From Escherichia phage vB_EcoM_G4507, in the sequence record NC_054919.1: DNA of 64,000 nt; one strand, written 5' to 3'. The position numbers and the translations under genes were made by a program. Below are positions 7,035-16,790 of the stretch, one piece after another; positions within the stretch are counted from its first letter, which is position 1; each line of letters begins with the position of its first letter. Under the pieces are notes generated by a model. The model made no database searches and was not told where the DNA came from. It saw only the letters and a program-made list of their open reading frames with translations.

Positions 7035-7445
7035 TCAGCCTCTATCAACGATAGCATGAGTATGGGCATTTACGATTTGCCACCAGTCGAAACGATTGAA
7101 ACCATAATCTGGTTTATTTTCATTTTCTTTAATGATATCACGCAGCTTATCTTCTGTTTCAGCATACGCAATTAAATCATCATATCCACCACAAGGGTAA
7201 TAATTATCACCTGCGAATAAAAGAAAATTTACCTTAGATGGATTTACATAATAATGGTCTTTAGGATATTTAGTTCCTCTCCAATCAGTTACTTCAACAT
7301 AACGGTAAGAAAATCCATTTTTACTTTCAATCCAACTCCACGCTTCAAAAGGAGTATTAAAAACTTTATCAGGTATTAAATTACCTTCAAAATGAGAAGG
7401 ATTTGCATAATCCCCAGCATAAACATAATATTCGTTAATACTCAT
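7035..7445 (-). CDS. hypothetical protein (accessory ORF)
   Basis: Track ORF 136 aa; ATG at 7443-7445 immediately after stop of upstream ORF, AAGGTGA RBS. Confidence 0.5.
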   Translation of the reverse strand: MSINEYYVYAGDYANPSHFEGNLIPDKVFNTPFEAWSWIESKNGFSYRYVEVTDWRGTKYPKDHYYVNPSKVNFLLFAGDNYYPCGGYDDLIAYAETEDKLRDIIKENENKPDYGFNRFDWWQIVNAHTHAIVDRG

Positions 7446-7631
7446 TTATTCACCTTTAGAAATTTTATCCATAACGATAGCAATTAAACCAATTAAAAAT
7501 GCTACTACAAGTGAAAACGCATTTTCTGCTGTAGTTAATAATCCGCATATAAATCCAACAAACATTGAAAAACTAAAAGCAGAAGCAGAAATTGCAATAG
7601 CAACATTTCGAATTAATTCACAGCGTTTCAT
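7446..7631 (-). CDS. small hydrophobic protein (accessory ORF)
   Basis: Track ORF 61 aa; ATG at 7629-7631 with GAGGAG RBS; mostly hydrophobic; own early promoter upstream. Confidence 0.5.
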   Translation of the reverse strand: MKRCELIRNVAIAISASAFSFSMFVGFICGLLTTAENAFSLVVAFLIGLIAIVMDKISKGE

Positions 7632-7651
7632 TTTATTCTCCTCAGTAGTTG

Positions 7652-7688
7652 ATAGGGTAATAGTATCACAACTAAAACCCTATGTAAA
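7652..7688 (-). promoter_or_regulatory. early promoter with flanking inverted repeat, upstream of ORF 7446..7631
   Basis: Minus strand CACAAAGTTGTTTACA (-35 at 7683-7688) - 17 nt - TACTAT (7660-7665); inverted repeat ATAGGGT/ACCCTAT at 7677-7683 and 7652-7658. Confidence 0.6.
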
Positions 7689-7707
7689 CAACTTTGTGAA
7701 AAATTTA

Positions 7708-7992
7708 TTACAAAAGATTTTTAGCAATAATTTTAAGCTGAGCTACTGAAATATGCTTGGCTTTAAACAAAGCAGTTTCTTCAGCAGGGGAGATAATGAT
7801 TGTAGCACCATCTTTCTTAGCGGACCATCCATCACCCAGGTAAACAGTACCTTTAACTTCTTCGCCATCAACCAGGCTAATCATCGGTTTACCTTCACGT
7901 CCTTTGTTTGCTTTAATAACTTCAGAAGTAAGGGTCGCTTCAGTCAAAGTAGAAGCGTTAGTGGTTGAAGTGAATTCTTGATAAGTTTTCAT
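7708..7992 (-). CDS. ipI: internal head protein I (packaged anti-restriction protein family)
   Basis: Track ORF 94 aa; N-terminus MKTYQEFTSTT.. matches the internal-protein capsid-targeting sequence; size matches the ~95-aa T4 IPI precursor; own early promoter upstream. Confidence 0.75.
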   Translation of the reverse strand: MKTYQEFTSTTNASTLTEATLTSEVIKANKGREGKPMISLVDGEEVKGTVYLGDGWSAKKDGATIIISPAEETALFKAKHISVAQLKIIAKNLL

Positions 7993-8013
7993 TTTATTTT
8001 CCTAATTAATTTT

Positions 8014-8051
8014 GATGAGGTAATAGTATCACTACCTCATCAGCATGTAAA
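8014..8051 (-). promoter_or_regulatory. early promoter with flanking 9-bp inverted repeat, upstream of ipI
   Basis: Minus strand CACAAAGTTGTTTACA (-35 at 8046-8051) - 17 nt - TACTAT (8023-8028); inverted repeat GATGAGGTA/TACCTCATC at 8033-8041 and 8014-8022. Confidence 0.6.
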
Positions 8052-8064
8052 CAACTTTGTGAAA

Positions 8065-8761
<697 letters not shown>

Positions 8762-8762
<1 letters not shown>

Positions 8763-9487
8763 TATAGTACCTTTAGTGTATTTTTAATTTTAGAAAAAAG
8801 TTCTTCAAGAGAACCATCGTTTGTAATTACTAAATCGCCATCACGAATTGGCAATCCAGCTTCTGTAATATGTGTATCATTGGATTTTTGACCAGGACGA
8901 ACTACATGAATTACTGTAGCACCCATCGCCCTAGCCGCATCCATTTCATGATCTTGACGGGTATCAGGAACGATATAATAATCATAACCTGAGTTAAATT
9001 TATCAAGATAATCTAAAGCAAATAATTTTACCCAGTACATGCGGTCGAAGTTATTAACAATCAAATCCGTACCTAGGGCTTGCATCAGACGACGGACTGA
9101 CCATTGATCTTCAATATTATTTATAACGTCAATAATCTTGTTAAATGCTACGGAATTAACTAATTCTTGTCCTTCGTCATCAAAAACAAACACACCCTTA
9201 ATTGGGCTTTTACCATTAAGATAGCAAAATGCTTGTTCCATAATCGTGATTACTTCTAATTTAGTCAGATTTAAATTAGTCTCACGATCATAGTCAATTC
9301 CTTCAAACTCTTTACGAGTTAAGCAAGGATAGCCAGTGTTTGCTGCAAATACTCCCCATGCATAAGCCAATGCATCCTTAATAGGACCAGCAAGTTGGTA
9401 TTTAACTGCAGAATAATTGCTCATGATAAAATCAGCAGTAGTATCTTTTCCACTACGCTTTACACCGCTTAAAAAGATTAGTTTCAT
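8762..9487 (-). CDS. 1: deoxynucleoside monophosphate kinase (gene 1)
   Basis: Start set at internal ATG 9485-9487 (GAGGAG RBS) of track ORF; MKLIFLSGVKRSGKDT P-loop; 241 aa as T4 gp1. Confidence 0.85.
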
Positions 9488-9536
9488 GTGTTTCTCCTCA
9501 AATTTAATTAAGATTATAACACACAAAACTGAAGCA

Positions 9537-10067
9537 TTAAACTTCTGCTATAATTTTTCCATCTTTTTCTACTTGAAAATAGGTGTAAGGAATCGTTGCA
9601 GTACATACTAAAGCCGGGTCTGAATCTTCCGTATAGCTAAATTCTACTTCAGATAGGTCAGAAACCCAAGGCTTATAAAAATTTATTGACATCACGATTT
9701 CAGTTTTGCTATTATCTAAGATGTAAAGCGTAATGTACTCAGGACCTGTTTTTTGGGCAGTATTTTCACCTGTAAGATAGTTGCTAGTTCCTAGCATCCA
9801 TTCATACATTCCTATCCATGACTTAAGTTCTTCATCAACTATAAATCTCACAATGAGTGGATCATACTCAAATGTAACACCTGGACGTTGTGCTCGGCCC
9901 AGTCCAAACGGCCCAGTCACGGTATCAGTAACAGGTATTCTAATTCCTGGAATAGGAACTGACTGAGCATTTAAAGTAAAAGCAGATGTAGTATTACTAT
10001 GTGGTATTGATACTACAAAGTTAGTTGTATTTGCTTGGTTAAAAATTTGTTGCAGAGCTTGCGACAT
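9537..10067 (-). CDS. 3: tail tube terminator / sheath stabiliser gp3
   Basis: Start set at ATG 10065-10067 (GAGGA RBS); MSQALQQIFNQ.. and 176 aa as T4 gp3. Confidence 0.8.
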   Translation of the reverse strand: MSQALQQIFNQANTTNFVVSIPHSNTTSAFTLNAQSVPIPGIRIPVTDTVTGPFGLGRAQRPGVTFEYDPLIVRFIVDEELKSWIGMYEWMLGTSNYLTGENTAQKTGPEYITLYILDNSKTEIVMSINFYKPWVSDLSEVEFSYTEDSDPALVCTATIPYTYFQVEKDGKIIAEV

Positions 10068-10173
10068 ATATTCCTCATAATGCTTTATAACTGTTAGTGG
10101 TATAATGGGTCTAAGTCCCTTCCATTCAATTCCATTTAGAACAAACAACAGAAAAGAATGGAAGATAATAGAA

Positions 10174-10998
10174 TTAGATATTTGACCAGACTTTGTTTGC
10201 AGAGAAACGTTTTCCTTTTGAAACGAACTGCTGAAGTGGCATCAACACAACGTTCGCCCAGTCTTTCGGGGCGATTTCAACAAGGCTACCCATAATATTA
10301 CCGGGTATATATGCCTTAATCATTTGGTCTGCACCCCTAAATCCTTTCACTTGACTCCAATCAATTTTTAATTTCGTTTTATTAGTAATAGTAGGTGTAT
10401 TTGAATATTGCTTTAAAAGCTCTTCTAGAAATTGCTGACGAGCTTTAGGTGGAATATAGTGCAAGTTTAATCCGTACATTAAATTGTGCTTACCTAAACC
10501 AAGGTAAATTATCAAAGGAAATTTATCCCAGTAAGGAAGAGTTTCCTTGTGTTTAGCATCATAAGCAAAAGCATATATTCGTCCCGGCTGCGGGCGAACA
10601 ACTTTATGTCCTTTTACTTGCTTAATAGTTTCAGCAAACCATTTTCTGGTTTTATTATTAATTGCTGCGCCTTCATTACGAATTTTATCACGCAATGTTT
10701 GTCTGAATGAATTTATCATAAGCAGTTGTCTTTCTTGCTTATTGAGCTTATTCATTGGTTTTGATTCAAGCTTTTGAATCTTTTCAGCTGTTTTAATTCC
10801 TGAAGCATATTTTGACATTGCTGAAGTAAACGTGGAGTATTTGATTCCTCTTTCTTCAGCAAATTGTTTTCCTGTCATTCCTTTTGCTTTGGCCTTTTTA
10901 TATTCAAGACCTATTTGAATCCATTTCTTTTCGTTTAATGATTGCTTAACCTTTGGAACTTGGGGAGTGCTTTCATTAATTATTTGAAAAATAGCCAT
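10174..10998 (-). CDS. 2: DNA end protector protein gp2
   Basis: Track ORF 274 aa, same length and position as T4 gp2; start overlaps gp4 stop. Confidence 0.8.
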   Translation of the reverse strand: MAIFQIINESTPQVPKVKQSLNEKKWIQIGLEYKKAKAKGMTGKQFAEERGIKYSTFTSAMSKYASGIKTAEKIQKLESKPMNKLNKQERQLLMINSFRQTLRDKIRNEGAAINNKTRKWFAETIKQVKGHKVVRPQPGRIYAFAYDAKHKETLPYWDKFPLIIYLGLGKHNLMYGLNLHYIPPKARQQFLEELLKQYSNTPTITNKTKLKIDWSQVKGFRGADQMIKAYIPGNIMGSLVEIAPKDWANVVLMPLQQFVSKGKRFSANKVWSNI

Positions 10999-11450
10999 TA
11001 TGCCCCCTTAAAGCCAAGAGCTCGTAATCCATCTTCTGTTAGAATTCTAAATTTTATTCCACGCTTTTCAGCTAAAGATTGCGCTGCTTTCCATTTGTCA
11101 GTGTTCACAGACCAGGTATAAATTTCATTCATAAATCTTTTCTTCGCTGCGGTTGTTAGATGTGCTGGTTTAACTGGTGGTTGTGTTTCTTTTTTAGGTT
11201 TTATTTCAATAAAAAATTCTTGTCCAGAAGAATCTTTCATCCAAATATCCATGAAGTATCTACGTTTTTTCCCTTCTGCATTACAAAAATAAGGAATTAC
11301 TGCTGTTTCACTACCCCATGCAATAATTTCTGGATTTTTATCTAACCATTCAAAAAAGAATTTTTCCCAATTTGATCTATACGTAATTTTTTTAGGGTCA
11401 CCTCTATATTTTGATATATTTTTAGGAACCCATTTTCCAGAATATGCCAT
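10998..11450 (-). CDS. 4: head completion protein gp4
   Basis: Track ORF 150 aa, length and position as T4 gp4; late promoter TATAAATA upstream. Confidence 0.8.
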   Translation of the reverse strand: MAYSGKWVPKNISKYRGDPKKITYRSNWEKFFFEWLDKNPEIIAWGSETAVIPYFCNAEGKKRRYFMDIWMKDSSGQEFFIEIKPKKETQPPVKPAHLTTAAKKRFMNEIYTWSVNTDKWKAAQSLAEKRGIKFRILTEDGLRALGFKGA

Positions 11451-11461
11451 TGGATTCTCCT

Positions 11462-11469
11462 TATAAATA
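11462..11469 (+). promoter_or_regulatory. late promoter TATAAATA upstream of gene 53
   Basis: Exact TATAAATA 29 nt upstream of ATG 11498. Confidence 0.6.
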
Positions 11470-11476
11470 GATAATA

Positions 11477-11484
11477 TATTTATA
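11477..11484 (-). promoter_or_regulatory. late promoter TATAAATA upstream of gene 4 (divergent from the gene 53 promoter)
   Basis: Minus-strand TATAAATA ~27 nt upstream of gene 4 start 11450. Confidence 0.55.
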
Positions 11485-11497
11485 AACAGGAGGGCCC

Positions 11498-12088
11498 ATG
11501 CTCTTTACATTTTTTGATCCGATTGAATATGCGGCCAAAACGGTGAATAAAAACGCGCCGACTATTCCTATGACAGATATTTTTAGAAACTATAAAGACT
11601 ATTTTAAACGCGCTCTTGCGGGATACCGCTTACGTACTTATTATATTAAAGGTTCACCACGCCCGGAAGAATTAGCAAATACTATATATGGAAATCCACA
11701 GTTGTATTGGGTTTTATTGATGTGTAATGATAATTATGACCCGTATTATGGATGGATTACTTCGCAAGAAGCTGCTTATCAGGCATCTATACAAAAATAC
11801 AAAAACGTAGGTGGAGACCAAATAGTATATCATGTAAATGAGAACGGTGAAAAATTTTATAATTTAGTATCATACGATGATAATCCATATGTTTGGTATG
11901 ACAAAGGTGATAAAGCTAGAAAATATCCTCAATATGAAGGAGCACTTGCTGCTGTTAATACGTATGAAGCTGCTGTTCTTGAAAATGAAAAACTTCGTCA
12001 AATAAAAATAATAGCAAAATCAGACATCAATTCATTTATGAACGACCTTATACGTATAATGGAGAAATCTTATGGAAATGATAAGTAA
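11498..12088 (+). CDS. 53: baseplate wedge protein gp53
   Basis: Track ORF 196 aa as T4 gp53; late promoter TATAAATA at 11462-11469. Confidence 0.85.
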   Translation: MLFTFFDPIEYAAKTVNKNAPTIPMTDIFRNYKDYFKRALAGYRLRTYYIKGSPRPEELANTIYGNPQLYWVLLMCNDNYDPYYGWITSQEAAYQASIQKYKNVGGDQIVYHVNENGEKFYNLVSYDDNPYVWYDKGDKARKYPQYEGALAAVNTYEAAVLENEKLRQIKIIAKSDINSFMNDLIRIMEKSYGNDK

Positions 12089-13976
12089 TAACCTTAATTG
12101 GTTTGTTGGTGTTGTTGAAGATAGAATGGACCCATTAAAATTAGGTCGTGTTCGTGTTCGTGTGGTTGGTCTGCATCCACCACAAAGAGCACAAGGTGAT
12201 GTAATGGGTATTCCAACTGAAAAATTACCATGGATGTCAGTTATTCAACCTATAACTTCTGCAGCAATGTCTGGAATTGGAGGTTCCGTTACTGGACCGG
12301 TAGAAGGAACTAGAGTTTATGGTCATTTTTTGGACAAATGGAAAACTAACGGAATTGTTCTTGGCACGTATGGTGGAATAGTTCGCGAAAAACCGAATAG
12401 ACTTGAAGGATTTTCTGACCCGACTGGGCAATATCCTAGACGTTTAGGAAATGATACTAACGTACTAAACCAAGGCGGAGAAGTAGGATATGATTCGTCT
12501 TCTAACATTATCCAAGATAGTAACTTAGACACCGCAATAAATCCCGATGATAGACCACTATCAGAGATTCCAACTGATGATAATCCAAATATGTCAATGG
12601 CTGAAATGCTTCGCCGTGATGAAGGATTAAGACTAAATTTTTTTTTTTTTTTTTTTTTTAAGAGACAGAGATGGTTTTTTTTTTTTTTTTTTTCAAGCAG
12701 AAGACGGCATACGAGATCAGCCTCGGTCTCGTGGGCTCGGAGATGTGTATAAGAGACAGATCCAAATATGTCAATGGCTGAAATGCTTCGCCGTGATGAA
12801 GGATTAAGACTAAAAGTTTATTGGGATACAGAAGGATATCCGACAATTGGTATTGGTCATCTTATCATGAAGCAGCCAGTTCGTGATATGACCCAAATTA
12901 ATAAAGTTTTATCAAAACAAGTTGGTCGTGAAATTACCGGAAATCCAGGTTCTATTACAATGGAAGAAGCGGTAACTTTATTTGAACGCGATTTGGCTGA
13001 TATGCAACGTGACATTAAATCACATTCTAAAGTAGGACCAGTCTGGCAAGCTGTCAACCGTTCTCGTCAAATGGCATTAGAAAATATGGCATTTCAGATG
13101 GGTGTTGGCGGTGTAGCTAAATTTAACACAATGTTAACTGCTATGTTAGCAGGAGATTGGGAAAAAGCATATAAAGCCGGTCGTGATTCATTGTGGTATC
13201 AACAAACAAAAGGCCGTGCATCCCGTGTTACCATGATTATTCTTACGGGGAATTTGGAATCATATGGTGTTGAAGTGAAAACTCCAGCTAGGTCTTTGTC
13301 GGCAATGGCTGCTACTGTGGCGAAGTCTTCTGATCCAGCTGACCCTCCTATTCCAAATGACTCAAGAATTTTATTCAAAGAACCAGTTTCTTCATATAAA
13401 GGCGAATATCCTTATGTGCATACAATGGAAACTGAAAGTGGACATATTCAGGAATTTGATGATACCCCTGGGCAAGAACGATATAGATTAGTTCATCCAA
13501 CTGGAACTTATGAAGAAGTATCACCGTCAGGGAGAAGAACAAGAAAAACAGTTGATAATTTATATGATATAACCAACGCTGATGGTAATTTTTTGGTAGC
13601 CGGTGATAAAAAGACTAACGTCGGTGGTTCAGAAATTTATTATAACATGGATAATCGTCTTCACCAAATAGATGGAAGCAATACAATATTTGTACGTGGC
13701 GATGAAACTAAGACGGTTGAAGGTAATGGAACTATCCTAGTTAAAGGTAATGTTACTATTGTAGTTGAAGGTAATGCTGACATTACAGTTAAAGGAGATG
13801 CTACTACTTTAGTTGAAGGAAATCAGACTAATACAGTAAATGGAAATCTTTCTTGGAAAGTTGCTGGGACAGTTGATTGGGACGTTGGTGGTGATTGGAC
13901 AGAAAAAATGGCATCTATGAGTTCTATTTCATCTGGTCAATACACAATTGATGGATCGAGGATTGACATTGGCTAA
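12072..13976 (+). CDS. 5: baseplate hub / tail lysozyme gp5, reading frame interrupted by a 177-bp artifact insert at 12638-12814
   Basis: Track ORFs 12072..12752 and 12768..13976 are in the same frame; N part MEMISNNLNWF.. and C part with lysozyme motif YWDTEGYPTIGIGHL and beta-helix VEGN repeats; removing 12638..12814 gives a continuous 575-codon ORF, the length of T4 gp5. Confidence 0.85.
12583..12637 (+). repeat. 55-bp direct repeat, copy 1 (left flank of adapter insert)
   Basis: Identical to 12760-12814 (ATCCAAATATGTCAATGGCTGAAATGCTTCGCCGTGATGAAGGATTAAGACTAAA). Confidence 0.95.
12638..12759 (+). other. synthetic sequencing-adapter sequence (Illumina P7 + 8-nt index + Nextera/Tn5 mosaic-end read-2 adapter) flanked by poly-T runs, embedded in gene 5
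   Basis: 12694-12717 CAAGCAGAAGACGGCATACGAGAT (P7), 12718-12725 CAGCCTCG (index position), 12726-12759 GTCTCGTGGGCTCGGAGATGTGTATAAGAGACAG (Nextera adapter with 19-bp Tn5 mosaic end); 12638-12659 and 12675-12693 are T22 and T19; a partial mosaic end AAGAGACAG sits at 12660-12668. Confidence 0.95.
12760..12814 (+). repeat. 55-bp direct repeat, copy 2 (right flank of adapter insert)
   Basis: Identical to 12583-12637; after this copy the gene 5 frame resumes (..RLKVYWDTEGYP). Confidence 0.95.
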
Positions 13977-14010
13977 TATACTTCCAATGAGCGCTGATTT
14001 AGGAGAATCC

Positions 14011-14505
14011 ATGGAAGGTTCTTCTATCGACGTCACCTTTACCGCTCAATTAGAAACAGGTGAAACGTTAGTATCTATAAATATAACTAGTTACGAAGAA
14101 ACTCCTGGGGTTTTAGTAGAAGAAAATCGCTTATATGGAACATATGAATCTGTGTTTGGATTTGGAAATGACGCGTTGAAATATCGTTTAGGTGATGAAT
14201 TTAAAACTGTTGCTTCATGGGAAGAACTTCCTACTGATTCTGATACTCAGTTGTATTTGTGGAAAGCTCCTCAAAATCTCCAGAAGACATTCACTTACGA
14301 AGTAACATTAATATATGACTACCAAGAACAAAGTGAATCTGGAGGTTCTGGCAGTAATTCTAGGTCATCTTCTGATACTACTGAACCAACAGATCCTCCT
14401 GCTCCAGTAAGAAAAACTCTCGTTAAAAATTATACTAAAACTATAGTTGGAAATTGGAGTCGTTGGGCTAATAAATTAAGAAGCTATGTGTATGAGAGGT
14501 CATAG
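14011..14505 (+). CDS. hypothetical protein (gene 5.1 position)
   Basis: Track ORF 13948..14505; start placed at ATG 14011 preceded by AGGAG RBS (14001-14005); alternative ATGs at 13951 and 13987 overlap the gene 5 end. Confidence 0.55.
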
Positions 14506-14799
14506 ATGTCAGGATTAAGTTATGATAAATGTGTTACTGCTGGTCATGAAGCATGGCCTCCAACAGTTGTGAATGCTACACAAAGTAAAGTATTCACTGG
14601 AGGAATTGCTGTTCTCGTAGCAGGTGATCCAATTACAGAACATACAGAAATTAAAAAGCCATATGAAACACATGGCGGAGTGACACAACCTAGAACTTCT
14701 AAGGTATATGTCACAGGAAAGAAAGCTGTTCAAATGGCTGATCCAATATCATGCGGTGATACTGTGGCTCAGGCATCATCTAAAGTATTCATTAAATAG
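14506..14799 (+). CDS. 5.4: PAAR-repeat tail spike tip protein gp5.4
   Basis: Track ORF 97 aa; size and position as T4 gp5.4; Gly/Val-rich PAAR-like sequence. Confidence 0.8.
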
Positions 14800-14807
14800 G
14801 ATTTAAA

Positions 14808-16790
14808 ATGGCAAATACCCCTGTAAATTATCAATTAACAAGAACAGCAAATGCTATTCCCGAGATATTCGTCGGGGGTACGTTTGCTGAAATAAAACAA
14901 AACCTCATTGAATGGCTTAATGGCCAAAATGAATTTTTGGATTATGATTTTGAAGGCTCAAGATTAAACGTTCTGTGCGACCTTTTAGCTTATAATACAT
15001 TGTACATTCAGCAGTTTGGTAATGCTGCTGTGTATGAAAGCTTTATGCGTACTGCTAACTTACGAAGTTCAGTTGTTCAGGCTGCACAAGATAATGGATA
15101 TTTACCTACTTCAAAATCCGCTGCACAGACCGAAATTATGTTAACATGCACCGACGCATTGAATAGGAATTACATTACTATTCCTCGCGGAACTCGCTTT
15201 TTAGCATATGCAAAAGATACTTCTGTTAATCCATATAACTTCGTTTCTACCGAAGACGTTATTGCTATTCGTGATAAAAATAACCAATATTTTCCACGAT
15301 TAAAATTAGCCCAGGGACGTATAGTAAGAACTGAAATCATTTATGATAAATTAACACCTATTATCATTTATGACAAAAACATAGATAGAAACCAAGTTAA
15401 ACTATACGTTGATGGAGCAGAATGGATTAACTGGACAAGAAAGTCAATGGTTCATGCTGGTTCTACATCAACAATTTACTACATGCGTGAAACTATTGAT
15501 GGAAACACTGAATTCTATTTTGGCGAAGGTGAAATTTCTGTTAATGCGGCAGAAGGAGCTCTAACTGCTAACTATATTGGAGGTCTTAAACCTACCCAGA
15601 ACTCTACTATTGTTATTGAGTACATCAGTACTAACGGTGCAGATGCGAATGGTGCAGTCGGATTTTCATACGCAGATACATTAACAAATATAACTGTCAT
15701 CAATATTAACGAAAATCCAAATGATGACCCAGATTTTGTTGGGGCAGATGGCGGTGGCGATCCAGAAGATATTGAGCGTATTCGCGAATTGGGTACTATT
15801 AAACGCGAAACCCAGCAACGCTGCGTAACTGCGACCGACTATGATACATTCGTTTCAGAGAGATTTGGTTCTATTATTCAAGCTGTGCAGACTTTCACTG
15901 ATTCTACTAAACCTGGGTATGCATTTATTGCTGCTAAACCTAAATCAGGACTATATTTAACTACTGTGCAACGTGAAGATATTAAAAATTATCTCAAAGA
16001 CTATAATTTAGCGCCTATTACACCGTCAATTATTTCTCCTAATTATCTTTTTATTAAGACTAATTTAAAAGTCACATATGCTTTAAATAAACTACAAGAA
16101 TCCGAACAGTGGCTTGAAGGTCAAATAATTGATAAAATTGATCGCTATTATACCGAAGATGTAGAAATTTTTAACTCATCTTTTGCCAAGTCTAAGATGT
16201 TAACTTACGTAGATGATGCAGATCATTCTATCATTGGTTCATCAGCGACTATTCAAATTGTTCGTGAAGTACAAAACTTCTATAAAACGCCTGAAGCAGG
16301 TATTAAATACAATAATCAAATAAAAGATCGTTCTATGGAATCTAATACGTTTTCATTTAATTCTGGACGAAAGGTTGTAAATCCTGATACTGGTTTAGAA
16401 GAAGATGTATTATATGACGTTCGTATAGTATCAACAGACCGAGATTCTAAAGGAATTGGTAAAGTTATTATTGGTCCATTTGTTTCTGGCGATGTTACAG
16501 AAAATGAAAACATTCAGCCGTATACGGGCAACGATTTTAACAAATTAGCAAATTCTGATGGACGCGACAAATACTATGTTATCGGTGAAATAAATTATCC
16601 AGCTGACATGATTTATTGGAATATCGCTAAAATTAATTTAACATCTGAAAAATTTGAAGTTCAGACTATTGAATTATATTCTGACCCAACTGATGATGTT
16701 ATCTTTACTCGCGATGGTTCACTGATTGTATTTGAAAATGACTTACGTCCACAATACTTAACTATCGATTTGGAGCCTATATCACAATGA
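14808..16790 (+). CDS. 6: baseplate wedge protein gp6
   Basis: Track ORF 660 aa, length and order as T4 gp6. Confidence 0.9.
   Translation: MANTPVNYQLTRTANAIPEIFVGGTFAEIKQNLIEWLNGQNEFLDYDFEGSRLNVLCDLLAYNTLYIQQFGNAAVYESFMRTANLRSSVVQAAQDNGYLPTSKSAAQTEIMLTCTDALNRNYITIPRGTRFLAYAKDTSVNPYNFVSTEDVIAIRDKNNQYFPRLKLAQGRIVRTEIIYDKLTPIIIYDKNIDRNQVKLYVDGAEWINWTRKSMVHAGSTSTIYYMRETIDGNTEFYFGEGEISVNAAEGALTANYIGGLKPTQNSTIVIEYISTNGADANGAVGFSYADTLTNITVININENPNDDPDFVGADGGGDPEDIERIRELGTIKRETQQRCVTATDYDTFVSERFGSIIQAVQTFTDSTKPGYAFIAAKPKSGLYLTTVQREDIKNYLKDYNLAPITPSIISPNYLFIKTNLKVTYALNKLQESEQWLEGQIIDKIDRYYTEDVEIFNSSFAKSKMLTYVDDADHSIIGSSATIQIVREVQNFYKTPEAGIKYNNQIKDRSMESNTFSFNSGRKVVNPDTGLEEDVLYDVRIVSTDRDSKGIGKVIIGPFVSGDVTENENIQPYTGNDFNKLANSDGRDKYYVIGEINYPADMIYWNIAKINLTSEKFEVQTIELYSDPTDDVIFTRDGSLIVFENDLRPQYLTIDLEPISQ

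Noticed and set aside
12638-12693. Two long poly-T tracts (T22, T19) as possible natural homopolymer slippage sites or regulatory elements
   Set aside because: They directly flank Tn5 mosaic-end and P7 adapter sequence and sit inside an otherwise conserved ORF; interpreted as low-quality or artifactual read sequence.
12658-12846. Minus-strand 62-aa ORF spanning the adapter insert
   Set aside because: Composed largely of synthetic adapter and poly-A/T sequence; artifact.
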